In this document: piece after piece, positions 39,418 to 49,255 of the stretch | How the letters are laid out: every line of letters starts with the position of its first letter | Numbering within the stretch: position 1 is the stretch's first letter | Source of the DNA: an uncultured Candidatus Saccharibacteria bacterium | Lineage (GTDB): Bacteria; Patescibacteriota; Minisyncoccia; Phycocordibacterales; CAIZLB01 | DNA length: 64,000 nt | Direction: 5' to 3' | Assembly (NCBI GenBank): GCA_964550955.1 | Contig: CAZKAF010000001.1 | Location: 503,931 to 567,930 of the forward strand | Position numbers and translations under genes: made by a program | Notes under the pieces: model-generated | The model's input: the letters and a program-made list of their open reading frames with translations, nothing else | Databases searched by the model: none | Told to the model about the DNA's origin: nothing

Positions 39418-39465
39418 GGTTTTATTTTAAGTATACCAATTGTTGCCTGGATAATGCTGAAAGTT

Positions 39466-41190
39466 TTACACAGTGCTCACTTCCTCGAACGGTATCTTCT
39501 TCGTAAGCGATTTGATGATCGCGTCCTCCTTGAGCGTAGTGAATCCTTTCTTCCTGAGGACGTCGTAGATGGCAGGCTCGCTGGCGTCCTTGAGAATCAG
39601 CCGCTCGAGCTCCTTGTCCATCTCGAAGACCTCGAATACGGCCTGCCGCCCCTTGGTGCCCTTCGGGCAGTCAGGCGTCGGCGATATTTCATACACTTCC
39701 GCAATGGGCGGAAGCTCCTTCTTGTACTGTTCCGGCAGGTCTTCGAATTCCTTGTCGATCATTACCTTGATGCTGTCTTCCACCGGAACGGGCTTGACTG
39801 CGGGATCGTAGGCCTTCCCCACCAGTCGCTGCGCCATGCCGAGAACGAGCGTCGGAGCGATAAGGAAAGGATCGATTCCCATGTCGATAAGTCGGGGGAC
39901 GATGCCGATGGAGCTGTTGGTGTGAATCGTGGAGAATACCAAGTGACCGGTAAGCGCGGCCTGGATGGCAAGCTGCGCGGTTTCCTTGTCTCGGATCTCT
40001 CCCACCATGATGATGTCGGGGTCCTGTCGGAGCGTCGTTCGGAGACCGGACGCGAACGTGTATCCGATTTCGGGCCGGACTTGCGACTGGCTGATGCCCT
40101 CGATGTTGTATTCCACCGGATCTTCAAGCGAGAGCACGTTCTGCGTTTCCCTGTCGAGCGCCGTAAGCATCGAGTAAAGAGTCGTGGTCTTACCTGAGCC
40201 TGTCGGACCGGAAATGAGAATGAGGCCGTACGGCCTGTTGATGGCCTTGCGGATCATCTCGTAATGGCGGGCCGAAAAGCCGAGCTCTTCGAGCTTCTGC
40301 ACGCCTTTCTGCTGGTCTAAGATTCGCATCACCACCTTCTCTCCGAAGTATGTCGGGAACGTGGAGACTCGGAAGTCGATCTTCCTGTTGTCGATGCGCG
40401 CCGAGAATCGGCCGTCCTGGGGCTTTCGCTTCTCGTCGAGCTTCATGTTGCAAAGGACCTTGATTCGCGCGACGACGGCATCAAGAACCTTTATGGGAAG
40501 GACGAGGCTGGTATTGAGAACGCCGTCCACTCGAAACCTGATGCGCACCTTGTCCCGAAGCGGCTCGATGTGAATGTCGGACGCCTCGCCTTCGATGGCG
40601 TACCGAAGCGTCGTGGCCACGATCTTTGTTACCGGAGCGTCTTCCACGATGTTCACCTTGCCGCTCGCGTCGGGCTTGCCGACCATGTCATCCTGGCTCA
40701 CTTCGACTTTTCCGGCTCCGGCGAATTCGCTTTCGAGGTCGCCCAGCGCCTTGCTTACCTCCCCGGTCAATCCCTTGTACCAGTCAATCACCTTCTGAAA
40801 ATCGTCCTCGGAAACGACGAATATCTTGAAAGGCATGTTCACCTTGGCGGAAATGAAGTTCAGGGCATCCCGCGCCTCGATATTGTCCGGGTCTACTACG
40901 CCCACTTCCAGCGCGCCGTCCTTTATCTGTATGGGAATGATCTTGTAATGAACGGCGGATTCTTCGGGAATGTATTTTAAAATTTCGAACGGAATTTCCT
41001 TGTCGCCGATTTCCTTTCTCGGAATATGAAGAAGCTCGCTCTTCGCATGCGCGATTTGAGCGGCCGTAATGCCCCTTTCCCTCAGGATGTCCTCGACGGG
41101 CTTTCCGCTTTCCTGGGCTTCGGTCTGAATGAACGCCATGTCATCCTGCGATATGATATTTTCCTTTACAAGTACGCTTAAAAAATTCAT
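39466..41190 (-). CDS. pilB: Type IV pilus assembly ATPase (GspE family)
   Basis: N-terminal GSPII domains, Walker A SGPTGSGKTTT, Asp/His boxes, and a tetracysteine-like region replaced by CPKGTKG. 574 aa. Confidence 0.9.
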   Translation of the reverse strand: MNFLSVLVKENIISQDDMAFIQTEAQESGKPVEDILRERGITAAQIAHAKSELLHIPRKEIGDKEIPFEILKYIPEESAVHYKIIPIQIKDGALEVGVVDPDNIEARDALNFISAKVNMPFKIFVVSEDDFQKVIDWYKGLTGEVSKALGDLESEFAGAGKVEVSQDDMVGKPDASGKVNIVEDAPVTKIVATTLRYAIEGEASDIHIEPLRDKVRIRFRVDGVLNTSLVLPIKVLDAVVARIKVLCNMKLDEKRKPQDGRFSARIDNRKIDFRVSTFPTYFGEKVVMRILDQQKGVQKLEELGFSARHYEMIRKAINRPYGLILISGPTGSGKTTTLYSMLTALDRETQNVLSLEDPVEYNIEGISQSQVRPEIGYTFASGLRTTLRQDPDIIMVGEIRDKETAQLAIQAALTGHLVFSTIHTNSSIGIVPRLIDMGIDPFLIAPTLVLGMAQRLVGKAYDPAVKPVPVEDSIKVMIDKEFEDLPEQYKKELPPIAEVYEISPTPDCPKGTKGRQAVFEVFEMDKELERLILKDASEPAIYDVLRKKGFTTLKEDAIIKSLTKKIPFEEVSTV

Positions 41191-41198
41191 GGAGTAAA

Positions 41199-41663
41199 TT
41201 ATCGTGAAACGGATGTCGTCGCCCTAGCTGCGGCAGCCGTGCCGGTCGCGGTCGAGGTTGACGAGAAAGAGGAACCGGAAGAGACGTTGGAAACCGCCTC
41301 GGAAACGGTTCCAGGAAGAGCCGACCGAGTCGAGTCGTTAAGCGGAGCGAACGGGTTAGGTCGTCCGATCGGCTGAAGCTGTATTTCTTGGCTGAAGTCC
41401 TGCAAGCCCATGAAGACCGGGTCGGCGAAGATGCTCAAGTTGAATTTGATGTTCTGAATCGCCAGAAGCTGAGTCACGAATTCCCGGCCAGGACCGTCAA
41501 GATTGTTCGTCGTCATGCCCCCGGCCTGCGCGGCCTGTCCCGATACGACCTGCCTCACGACGCCGCCCACGGACGTGTCGCCCTTGCTCGTATATACGTA
41601 TACGCCATAGCCTGTTCCGGCCAGCAGGATGATTATTATGATTAGTATCGTTTTCTTGCTCAT
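41199..41663 (-). CDS. Membrane-anchored pilus-assembly accessory protein (PilP-like?)
   Basis: N-terminal TM, RPNPFAP motif, Ser/Thr-rich tail. Sits between pilO and pilB. Confidence 0.4.
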   Translation of the reverse strand: MSKKTILIIIIILLAGTGYGVYVYTSKGDTSVGGVVRQVVSGQAAQAGGMTTNNLDGPGREFVTQLLAIQNIKFNLSIFADPVFMGLQDFSQEIQLQPIGRPNPFAPLNDSTRSALPGTVSEAVSNVSSGSSFSSTSTATGTAAAARATTSVSR

Positions 41664-41670
41664 ATATTTT

Positions 41671-42210
41671 TTATTTTAGCCAGTACGTCTGCAGCGTCAG
41701 CGTGAAATCATATCGACCTCCGGTTGTCGCCGCGAAATTGAGAGCCGTCACGTCGACCAGCCGGAGGCTTGCCTCCAGATCGCGAAGGAACACGAGGAAT
41801 GTCTGATACTCGGACGTGACCGAAAACGTAAGGGCGATCGACCCGTGCCGCTTTGAGTCCGGACCGACGGCGGACGAAGCCGTCCTGGAAGTGAGCTCGT
41901 TGATGCTCGTGTTCCGGATTCTCATCCCGTACTTGATCGCGATATTGTCTATGTCGATGATGAGACCCACGTTTTCGACGCTGTCAGGCAGCATCTTGTT
42001 GAGCCTGTTGACGTCGACTTCCTTTATCTTGTTTCGATCGCTCAGGAGCCTCTCTCGTTCCGCCCGAAGGGCATTGGCTTTCTTGTTCGCGTCGACGACT
42101 TGCTGCTGTTCCTCCCTCTTTTCCTGCATCTTCTGATATTGAGGATTCGTAAACAGGACGAATCCGGCGATGGCACCGAGTATGAAAATGAATGGGAGTA
42201 GGAATCTCAT
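41671..42210 (-). CDS. pilO: Type IV pilus assembly protein PilO-like
   Basis: N-terminal TM + coiled coil + ferredoxin-like C-terminus. Size and position are typical of PilO. Confidence 0.65.
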   Translation of the reverse strand: MRFLLPFIFILGAIAGFVLFTNPQYQKMQEKREEQQQVVDANKKANALRAERERLLSDRNKIKEVDVNRLNKMLPDSVENVGLIIDIDNIAIKYGMRIRNTSINELTSRTASSAVGPDSKRHGSIALTFSVTSEYQTFLVFLRDLEASLRLVDVTALNFAATTGGRYDFTLTLQTYWLK

Positions 42211-42215
42211 GATAA

Positions 42216-42989
42216 TTAATTGGTTGTATTCGTAATGCCCTCGTCTGCCTCGGCATCATCGTCATTGTCCGCGGAAACCCCGCCGATCGGCGCGATTGCC
42301 GAGCCCTCGACCTTCGTTTCGACAAGCGGCTGGCTTGTCTGGATGAAGCTGTTTACCTGGTTCCGTGCCGCGGCTTCCCCGGGAGGAGTCAGGCCGGCCT
42401 CGTCCCTCTTGAGCGTGTAGTAATCTACGAGAAGAGGATCGACCCCCGTAGTGAAGCTGAAGCCGACATTTCCGGACTGATCCAGGTTCAGGTCGCCGAA
42501 GATGGGACTTCGAAAGACGTTCTTCAGCGCCGGGTCAGTGAAAGCTTTGGCCTGCAGCGCCACGGTATCGTATCCCGTAGCGACCCCCCTCATGGAGAGA
42601 GTGATCTTGTCATCCGCGGACGAGTAGTTGAAATCCGTGAACCGGACGTTTTGCAGCGTCGTGTTGCTCAGGATCTGAAACACGGTCGACACGCCCTTAT
42701 GCTGTCTCAGGAGAGTGCTCGCGGCATTGATTCGGTCATTAAGCCGAGTAACTTCCTTGATGGTGTTCGGATCGAAGGCATTCTTGTTGATCAGGAGCTG
42801 CTCGTTTCCGGACTTGATGCTCTGCTCGATGACCCTGCCGTAGATGACGACTCCGCCCGCCGAAGCGACGCTGGCCATGAAAATGATGAATGAGATTAGA
42901 AAAAAAATGCTCGCGGAAGAAGTACGATGGGGAGCTTCCACATTCAGGGGCTGCTTTGGGATAAATGAAGTTTGAAATTTTGTCTCCAT
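42216..42989 (-). CDS. pilN: Type IV pilus assembly protein PilN-like (fimbrial assembly)
   Basis: N-terminal cytoplasmic segment, single TM, periplasmic-type domain. Follows pilM. Confidence 0.65.
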   Translation of the reverse strand: METKFQTSFIPKQPLNVEAPHRTSSASIFFLISFIIFMASVASAGGVVIYGRVIEQSIKSGNEQLLINKNAFDPNTIKEVTRLNDRINAASTLLRQHKGVSTVFQILSNTTLQNVRFTDFNYSSADDKITLSMRGVATGYDTVALQAKAFTDPALKNVFRSPIFGDLNLDQSGNVGFSFTTGVDPLLVDYYTLKRDEAGLTPPGEAAARNQVNSFIQTSQPLVETKVEGSAIAPIGGVSADNDDDAEADEGITNTTN

Positions 42990-43099
42990 GTACGTTTATA
43001 TTCCCTCTTAGTATATCATCCAACTTCCTCAAACATCAACACGCGTATACACAAACGGGCATCCGTCCGGGCCCGCCCGACTTTGATCTGATCCGAACG

Positions 43100-44224
43100 C
43101 TAATTTAATTCCTGCAGCTTCCTGAGCGCCAGCCCGAGCGCCGCTGAAAATTCCAAGCCGGTCACCTTGAGCACGTCCTCCAGAAACGCCGGAGATTCCA
43201 CCTTCATGAACGGGTCTCCGATGACGACTTCGGTCTGAAAGTTGGCGCGCGCAAGCTCGTACACGCCCTTCATGGCGACGCCTCCTCCCGTCAAGATGAC
43301 CTTGCCTATGGCTTTGCTGAACTTTCTCTGATAATTGATGATGACGCTGTTCGCTTCCGAGAAGATATAGTCCATTGTCAGCGAGATTATCTCGTACACG
43401 TTTCTCTCTTCCGACGGGGCGCTTGTCCCGAGATTCCTCTTTATGTGCTCGGCGCGGTCGAACGTGACGTTAAGGCCCTTCGAGATGCTCATCGTGATTT
43501 CCTGCGACCCCTTGTTGATGATATGCGAGTACCTCACCACCCCCCTTTCGAGCACGTACACTTTCGTGGAAGACGCGCCCATGTCAAAGATCATCACGGG
43601 ATCAGTTTCGCCGGAAAGCAGCGCGCGAGTCGAGCTGAACATTTCTATCTCGAAAAACGAGGTGCGGAGGGCCGCGCCTTTCACGATGTTGGTGTACGTG
43701 CTGAGAACGTCGTTGTGAATCGACACGACAAGCACTTGCACCTTCTTCCCCGCAGGGCGCGTGGAGTTGTTTTCCTCGTCGACGCCGTCGACGAAATCGA
43801 GGTCGTTCGATCCGGTCGGCACGACCCACCAGTCCATCGTGACCTCGCTGATCGGCACCGGAATGTATTTTCGGGCTTCGAGAGGAATCATCTCCTGAAG
43901 CTGCTTGGGCTCCGCATGCGGCAGCTCAATGAGCGAAACGAGGCTGGACTTGAACGGAATGGAAACGCCGGCGGAAACGCTCGTGACATTCGCCTCGCGT
44001 ATCACGTCCTTGATGGCCTCGGCCAATTTGTCCGCGGGAAGATTCGTGACCTGGCCCACCGCGAGGCCGGCATACGGACCGAGCGCAAGCTCTCCGTACG
44101 TTTCAAGCACGGCTCTCCCCTTTTTTTTGCGCAGCTGAACAACCTTCACCGATGAAGAACCAATATCAATGCCGATGACGCTCTCATCGGGTTGCTTGAA
44201 CAAATTTTGAAGAAAACTTGACAT
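43100..44224 (-). CDS. pilM: Type IV pilus assembly ATPase-like protein (actin/FtsA fold)
   Basis: N-terminal IGIDIGSSSVKVVQL, actin-fold phosphate motifs. 374 aa. Confidence 0.85.
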   Translation of the reverse strand: MSSFLQNLFKQPDESVIGIDIGSSSVKVVQLRKKKGRAVLETYGELALGPYAGLAVGQVTNLPADKLAEAIKDVIREANVTSVSAGVSIPFKSSLVSLIELPHAEPKQLQEMIPLEARKYIPVPISEVTMDWWVVPTGSNDLDFVDGVDEENNSTRPAGKKVQVLVVSIHNDVLSTYTNIVKGAALRTSFFEIEMFSSTRALLSGETDPVMIFDMGASSTKVYVLERGVVRYSHIINKGSQEITMSISKGLNVTFDRAEHIKRNLGTSAPSEERNVYEIISLTMDYIFSEANSVIINYQRKFSKAIGKVILTGGGVAMKGVYELARANFQTEVVIGDPFMKVESPAFLEDVLKVTGLEFSAALGLALRKLQELN

Positions 44225-44272
44225 ACAGTATGTAGACTCTGCTTCTTACTAGTATATATCAGTATCCTCACA

Positions 44273-45172
44273 ATGAGAATATCATTTCGCGTATATAAGT
44301 TGTGCATTAAGTGTTTTTCGCCGGTCGCGCGATTTTTTCGCGCGGGCTTCAGCTTGTCTTGCGCGTCAATCAGGCTCGTCGTCGAATCGATATTTCCCAA
44401 GAAGCTCCCGCGTCCTCGCGCGAGAACGCGCATGCCGCAAAAAACGGAAAATTCGATTCGCATCGGCAATGTAGCATTTCAAGATGAAGACGTGCTAAAG
44501 AATGTCTCAAAAATGAACGAGGAGAGGCTGCGCAGACCGAACGAGCCGAACACAATGACGACAATGGGAATGAAAGCAGGCGGAAAGCCGCTTATATTGT
44601 TCAGATACAGGGAGGCATGCATCAAGCCATTCCTGTGGCAGATAAAGTATTATGACGACCGGAGGTTTCTCAAGCTCGCTTCCGACATGTGGAGCGACGA
44701 GCTCATTGCATTTCACGCGGAACAAGCATTTGCCAAGAGACAGGAGCGCGCGCTTGATGAAAAATTCATGCTCATTCACCCTCCCTCTTCCGGACATGCG
44801 CTCGGCACCAAAAGTTTCGACCAGATGGATTCGGTCATCCAGACAATGATGTCTCAGACTTCTTTAGGAAATTTTTATGCGCGCTTCAGCGACGCTCTTG
44901 AGTATCGCCGGAAAGACATAGCGCCCCAGCATAGCGGAAACCGAAGGGAGCGCATGAGCTGGACCGAGGGCAAATTCAGGCTGTCTGAAGATTTCATAAA
45001 GACCCTGCGCGAACGCGAGGGCAAGGGCCAACGCGTTCATATAATATGTATCGATGACATCATGACGACCGGCGCGACGTTCAGGGCAATCGAGAGGCTG
45101 ATCAGGCAGCATGGCAAATCGATGAAAACTAGTCCGAATATCGAGGTTTCATTTTCCGCTTTTGCACATTAA
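44273..45172 (+). CDS. comF: ComF-family phosphoribosyltransferase-like competence protein
   Basis: C-terminal PRTase motif VHIICIDDIMTTGATF and an N-terminal CxxC. Divergent from the pilM operon. Confidence 0.7.
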   Translation: MRISFRVYKLCIKCFSPVARFFRAGFSLSCASIRLVVESIFPKKLPRPRARTRMPQKTENSIRIGNVAFQDEDVLKNVSKMNEERLRRPNEPNTMTTMGMKAGGKPLILFRYREACIKPFLWQIKYYDDRRFLKLASDMWSDELIAFHAEQAFAKRQERALDEKFMLIHPPSSGHALGTKSFDQMDSVIQTMMSQTSLGNFYARFSDALEYRRKDIAPQHSGNRRERMSWTEGKFRLSEDFIKTLREREGKGQRVHIICIDDIMTTGATFRAIERLIRQHGKSMKTSPNIEVSFSAFAH

Positions 45173-45288
45173 GGTCAAATTTGATATCGTGAGTCGGTAA
45201 AAGATGCACATATCCGGTCGCGGCCTGCGCTGAAGCTTCCCGAAGCTTCAGCCAAACAGCCATAAACCTGAGTGCGGCTTGTACGAAT

Positions 45289-45381
45289 GGAGACGTGTCG
45301 GAGTGGTCTAACGTGCCTCTTTGCTAAAGAGGTGTACCCCCTAAAAGGGTACCGAGGGTTCGAATCCCTCCGTCTCCGCCA
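45289..45381 (+). tRNA. tRNA-Ser (anticodon GCT), class II, CCA encoded
   Basis: GGAGACG...CCTCT-TTGCTAA-AGAGG, long variable arm GTACCCCCTAAAAGGGTAC, T-arm GAGGGTTCGAATCCCTC, acceptor CGTCTCC, G73, CCA. Confidence 0.8.
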
Positions 45382-45443
45382 TGGCTGTGCAGGATATCTG
45401 CAGAGCGGATATCCAAGCAGACATGTGTTGCGGGAGCATGTGT

Positions 45444-45472
45444 GGGATCGTACCCATCCCTCCGTCTCCGCA
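45444..45472 (+). repeat. tRNA-3'-end mimic element (GGGATCGTACCCATCCC + copy of tRNA-Ser(GCT) acceptor 3' strand)
   Basis: 16 nt (ATCCCTCCGTCTCCGC) are identical to the 3' end of the tRNA 65 nt upstream. The 17-nt motif is shared with loci at 51302 and 57522. Confidence 0.6.
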
Positions 45473-45538
45473 CCAAGAACTTAGTATCGGAGTGTGGACC
45501 GAGTACCTTAATCCTTGTATTTAGGCTAAGATTGCTAT

Positions 45539-45976
45539 GTGATAATACAAAGCTGGAAAATAAAATTAATCCTTCCGATAATCTACTTTGTCGCCACGAT
45601 AACAGTATTTTACCTGATTGGTATAACTAATAATTTTGATTTCAGCGGAATACAAACAGCAGGAATCATGATTTCTGTAGTTTCTTTCATACTTTGGATT
45701 GTATCCCGTATTCAGCTTGCAAATTCTTTCTCTGTCGCTCCTAAGGCTACCGAATTAGTTAGTTCCGGTATCTATTCCAAGATCCGTCACCCGGTCTATG
45801 TTTTTTCTTTTTTAGCAGTTTTAGGGATTTTTCTTTTCCTGCAGAATTGGATTCTATTTCTGTTACTTATCCCTCTGATTATTTTGCAGATTTTTAGAAT
45901 ACGCAAAGAGGATAAAATTCTCGTCAAGGAATTTGGAGATACATACACTCAATATCAGCGTAATACTTGGTTTTAG
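45539..45976 (+). CDS. ICMT/PEMT-family membrane methyltransferase (isoprenylcysteine carboxyl methyltransferase-like)
   Basis: Four TM helices and the C-terminal IRHPVY...E motif typical of ICMT/phospholipid methyltransferases. Lies in an AT-rich islet next to tRNA-Ser. Confidence 0.65.
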   Translation: MIIQSWKIKLILPIIYFVATITVFYLIGITNNFDFSGIQTAGIMISVVSFILWIVSRIQLANSFSVAPKATELVSSGIYSKIRHPVYVFSFLAVLGIFLFLQNWILFLLLIPLIILQIFRIRKEDKILVKEFGDTYTQYQRNTWF

Positions 45977-46240
45977 GTATGACCCGCACACCTCATTTCA
46001 ATTCCCAAATCGACTCGATATTTTCTATTTTTCTTAATTCTATTCGTCCCATCTTTTTTTGATTGCCTTCAAGGAGAGTTCTAATCCGAACATAGGCCTT
46101 TATACATTGTCAGCGTCCCTAATCATTCCATTGATCACGATTCCTTTATATCGAAGAAAAAATATCCCCGTTAATCCCTCCTTCGGCCAAGGCAGCGAAC
46201 ACGCGTGCGGCCGTGGCAAATTGTGATGTATACTATTCGC

Positions 46241-47182
46241 ATGAAAACACAAAAGGGATTCATGATCCCACTTTTGATAATTATAACTGCCGGATTATTA
46301 ATTGGCGGCGGCAGCCTGTACGTGATGAGTAAAAATTCAGAGCCGGCAAAGAATGTCACTGGCATAGAAAACCAGATAGATTCCTCCGTGACCGAAACGA
46401 CTGCTGTCCAGGCTGATGATGAGCCAAGCGTGTCGGCGTCGATTAATGCGACAGTCGGCGTCGATGCTGACATCCAAGCGGTTTCTAACCTTATGCAAAG
46501 GTACAAGACGGCTTTCGAGAACGAAGATGCGACAACGGTGAAATCTCTCTTCTCCAAAGCGACTCTCGATTTATTCACCCAACTGGGCGGTGGTTTTTCC
46601 CTGCCGTCCGGATCAAAGATTACCATCGGAAGCATTACACGTTCAGGAAATAATATACGAGCAGAGGCGGTCGAGACGAGAAAGAATGGAGCGAAAGAGA
46701 CCCAGACATATATTTTCATATCGGAAAATGGTCAATGGAAAATCGACATGAACGCGTCGCTTGAGTCGGACATTCAGAAAAATGATGCTTCGCAAAGCGA
46801 TCAGAACGGATACGTTGACTTGGTCGTTACCGGAATCAAGGTTCATCCTTCGCGTCCGATAGTGAACGATGAAAACGTTGAGATCGCAGTGACCATTAAG
46901 AATATCGGGACTAAGAGTTCGGAGAAAGGAGCGCCTGCCATCGCTACAATTCTAGAAAATACAGAATATACCCCGACGCAGGGAGGATCGCTTGCTCCGC
47001 TCGGAGCCGGACAGTCCGTCACTTGGACATACCGACCTTATGGCCAAAACAAATTTTTCAATCGGACTGATGCCGCAGGAAAAAAGACAGTGAGCATAGA
47101 ACTGAACATCCTCAAGGAGGTCGCGGAAAAGAATTACGACAACAACGTCTTTACCCAGAGCATCGAGATATTTGCGCAATAG
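46241..47182 (+). CDS. Membrane-anchored secreted protein with NTF2-like N-domain and CARDB-like C-domain
   Basis: MKTQKGFMIPLLIIITAGLL anchor. C-terminal VDLVVTGIKVHP...VEIAVTIKNIGT resembles CARDB. Confidence 0.55.
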   Translation: MKTQKGFMIPLLIIITAGLLIGGGSLYVMSKNSEPAKNVTGIENQIDSSVTETTAVQADDEPSVSASINATVGVDADIQAVSNLMQRYKTAFENEDATTVKSLFSKATLDLFTQLGGGFSLPSGSKITIGSITRSGNNIRAEAVETRKNGAKETQTYIFISENGQWKIDMNASLESDIQKNDASQSDQNGYVDLVVTGIKVHPSRPIVNDENVEIAVTIKNIGTKSSEKGAPAIATILENTEYTPTQGGSLAPLGAGQSVTWTYRPYGQNKFFNRTDAAGKKTVSIELNILKEVAEKNYDNNVFTQSIEIFAQ

Positions 47183-47231
47183 ACGCCAAGGCCATTGTGC
47201 CAAAACAAGCGGCATGCGGACGCGAGAAGAA

Positions 47232-47267
47232 AAAAGCCCCTGGGTTTCCCAGGGGCTTTGCTTTTTC
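47232..47267 (+). terminator. Rho-independent terminator
   Basis: AAGCCCCTGGG-TTTC-CCAGGGGCTT followed by TGCTTTTT. Confidence 0.65.
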
Positions 47268-47283
47268 AGCGGTTGAAATAAAA

Positions 47284-47313
47284 GGGCCGGCGGATATGCA
47301 TATCCGCCGGCCC
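47284..47313 (-). terminator. Perfect 13-bp palindromic hairpin, terminator for asd
   Basis: GGGCCGGCGGATA-TGCA-TATCCGCCGGCCC, followed on the minus strand by TTTATTT. Confidence 0.6.
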
Positions 47314-47321
47314 TAACAGAC

Positions 47322-48314
47322 CTAGATGAGCCGTTCGGCAATCTGGATTGCGTTCTGAGCCGCGCCTTTCCAGATATTGTCGCCCGAGCACCAGAGGGCG
47401 AGTCCTTTCTCGACGCTTTGATCCTTGCGGATTCTTCCGACCAGAACATCGAATTGGCCCGATGCGCTGATTGACATCGGATACATTGAATTCGCAGGAT
47501 CATCAACGACTCGCACGCCGGGCGAGCATTCGAGGATTTTCCTTGCTTCGGCTGGATCAAGCGATTGCTCGAACTCGACGTTCATCGCAATGCTGTGTCC
47601 GTTGAAGACGGGTACCCGCACGCAGGTATTCGAGATCCGAATCGCGGGATCGCCGAGAATCTTATGCGTCTCGCGACGCATCTTGATCTCCTCGGTACTC
47701 TCCCCCGACTCATCCTTGAATGAGCCCACGCAAGGAATCACGTTGAACGCTATCTGGTGCGGATACACTTCGGCCGACAGCGGCCGGCCCTCCGCCCAGG
47801 CTTTGCCTTGGGCTTCAAGTTCCGAAACGGCTGAAGCGCCGGTTCCGGAAACCGCCTGATACGTGCTTGCGACGATTCTCTTGATTCTCGCCGCCTGATG
47901 AAGAGGGGCGAGAGGCATCAAGGCGATGATGGTGCTGCAATTCGGATTGGCGATGAATCCCTGATGGCCCTTGAGCGCCGACGCGTTGATTTCAGGGACG
48001 ACGAGCGGAATCCGTTCGTCCATCCTGAAATCGTCGCCGTTATCGATCACTATGCATCCCCTTTTCACCGCTTCCCAGCCGAGAGTCTGCGAGGCGCCTT
48101 TCGAGCCCTCCGTTCCCGCAAAGAAAGCGATGTCGATGCCCTCGAACGACTCGGGACTTGCGACTCGCACCTCGTAAGGCTTTCCGTCGATGACTTCGGT
48201 CCGTTCGGAACGGGCCAGGATGACTATCGAACTGAATGGGAATTTCCTCTTTACGAGCAGGCGTACCAGCTCGGTACCGACTGCCCCGACTCCGACTATT
48301 GCTACTTTTTTCAT
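47322..48314 (-). CDS. asd: Aspartate-semialdehyde dehydrogenase
   Basis: NAD(P) Rossmann VAIVGVGAVG. Catalytic Cys in IANPNCSTI and a conserved His (HSIAMNVEFEQ) in the dimerisation domain. Confidence 0.9.
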   Translation of the reverse strand: MKKVAIVGVGAVGTELVRLLVKRKFPFSSIVILARSERTEVIDGKPYEVRVASPESFEGIDIAFFAGTEGSKGASQTLGWEAVKRGCIVIDNGDDFRMDERIPLVVPEINASALKGHQGFIANPNCSTIIALMPLAPLHQAARIKRIVASTYQAVSGTGASAVSELEAQGKAWAEGRPLSAEVYPHQIAFNVIPCVGSFKDESGESTEEIKMRRETHKILGDPAIRISNTCVRVPVFNGHSIAMNVEFEQSLDPAEARKILECSPGVRVVDDPANSMYPMSISASGQFDVLVGRIRKDQSVEKGLALWCSGDNIWKGAAQNAIQIAERLI

Positions 48315-48451
48315 AGAACTTTCTCCTGGATGGTTAGTTGTTTGTCTGGCATGAAAGTACCAGACTTTTTAAAAAATGTCTAATATTTCAGCCCGACTTG
48401 AGCGGCCCGTCCATCTTTCAGAAATCTGCATTTAAGTTAAAATTAGCCTGC

Positions 48452-49192
48452 ATGAAAATAATCACTTTAAATGCATGGGGCGGAAAAATCAAAGACCTCC
48501 TGATTTCATTCATCGATTCGCACAGGGACCGAATCGACATCTTTTGCTTCCAGGAGGTATACCATGCAGCGGCAAAAGACTTCGGAGGCTTCGACGACGT
48601 TCATCTCGACTTGTTCAATGAGATGCAATCCCTGCTGCCTGATCATGACGGCTATTTCTGCCCGACAGTGGATAATTGCTATGGAATAGCCACGTTTATC
48701 AGGAAAAGTTTCAGCGTAAAGGCGTCCGGGGACATTACGATTCATGACAATCCTCATTATGACGGAAAAGGCGGAAATCATTCGCGAAAAGCCTTGTGGC
48801 ACGATATAAATCTGGGAGACAAGCGGCTTTCCCTGCTAAATGTCCACGGATTGTGGAATGGAAAAGGAAAAACAGATACTCCGGAACGGATCGACCAGTC
48901 AAAAAGAATCAGAGGCTTCATGGATTCCGTTAAAGGTTCCCAGATAGTGTGCGGAGATTTCAATCTTCTTCCAGAAACAGAATCCCTTTCCATATTGTCG
49001 GAAGGAATGCAGGACTTGGTAGATATGAGCGGCGTAACCTCTACAAGGACTTCTTTTTACACGCGAGCGGAAACGTCCGGAAAATTCGCAGATTACATCT
49101 TCGCATCTCCTGAAATAAAAGTGATTGATTTCAGGGTTCTCCCCGACGAGGTCTCGGACCATGCGGCCCTTTTCGCGGAAATCGACTTGTAA
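48452..49192 (+). CDS. Endonuclease/exonuclease/phosphatase (EEP) family protein
   Basis: ITLNAWGG...FCFQEV...NVHGLW...VCGDFN...SDHAAL conserved EEP catalytic motifs. ATG at 48452. Confidence 0.7.
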   Translation: MKIITLNAWGGKIKDLLISFIDSHRDRIDIFCFQEVYHAAAKDFGGFDDVHLDLFNEMQSLLPDHDGYFCPTVDNCYGIATFIRKSFSVKASGDITIHDNPHYDGKGGNHSRKALWHDINLGDKRLSLLNVHGLWNGKGKTDTPERIDQSKRIRGFMDSVKGSQIVCGDFNLLPETESLSILSEGMQDLVDMSGVTSTRTSFYTRAETSGKFADYIFASPEIKVIDFRVLPDEVSDHAALFAEIDL

Positions 49193-49255
49193 AATCCGAA
49201 CGAGGCAAGAACGCCATCCTGAAAGATATCAAGAAAAGAAACATTAAGATAAGCC

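Noticed and set aside
38314-44155. +-strand ORFs of 196, 247 and 236 aa inside the pilus cluster
   Set aside because: Each is antisense to pilT, pilB or pilM, which have unambiguous ATPase/actin-fold motifs.
45444-45476. Downstream tRNA-like 3' fragments as separate tRNA genes
   Set aside because: No complementary 5' acceptor strand, D-arm or anticodon arm upstream. Only a T-arm plus acceptor-3' mimic is present.
46171-46719. 182-aa minus ORF
   Set aside because: Overlaps the better-supported + CARDB-like secreted protein gene. No signal, start or motif support.
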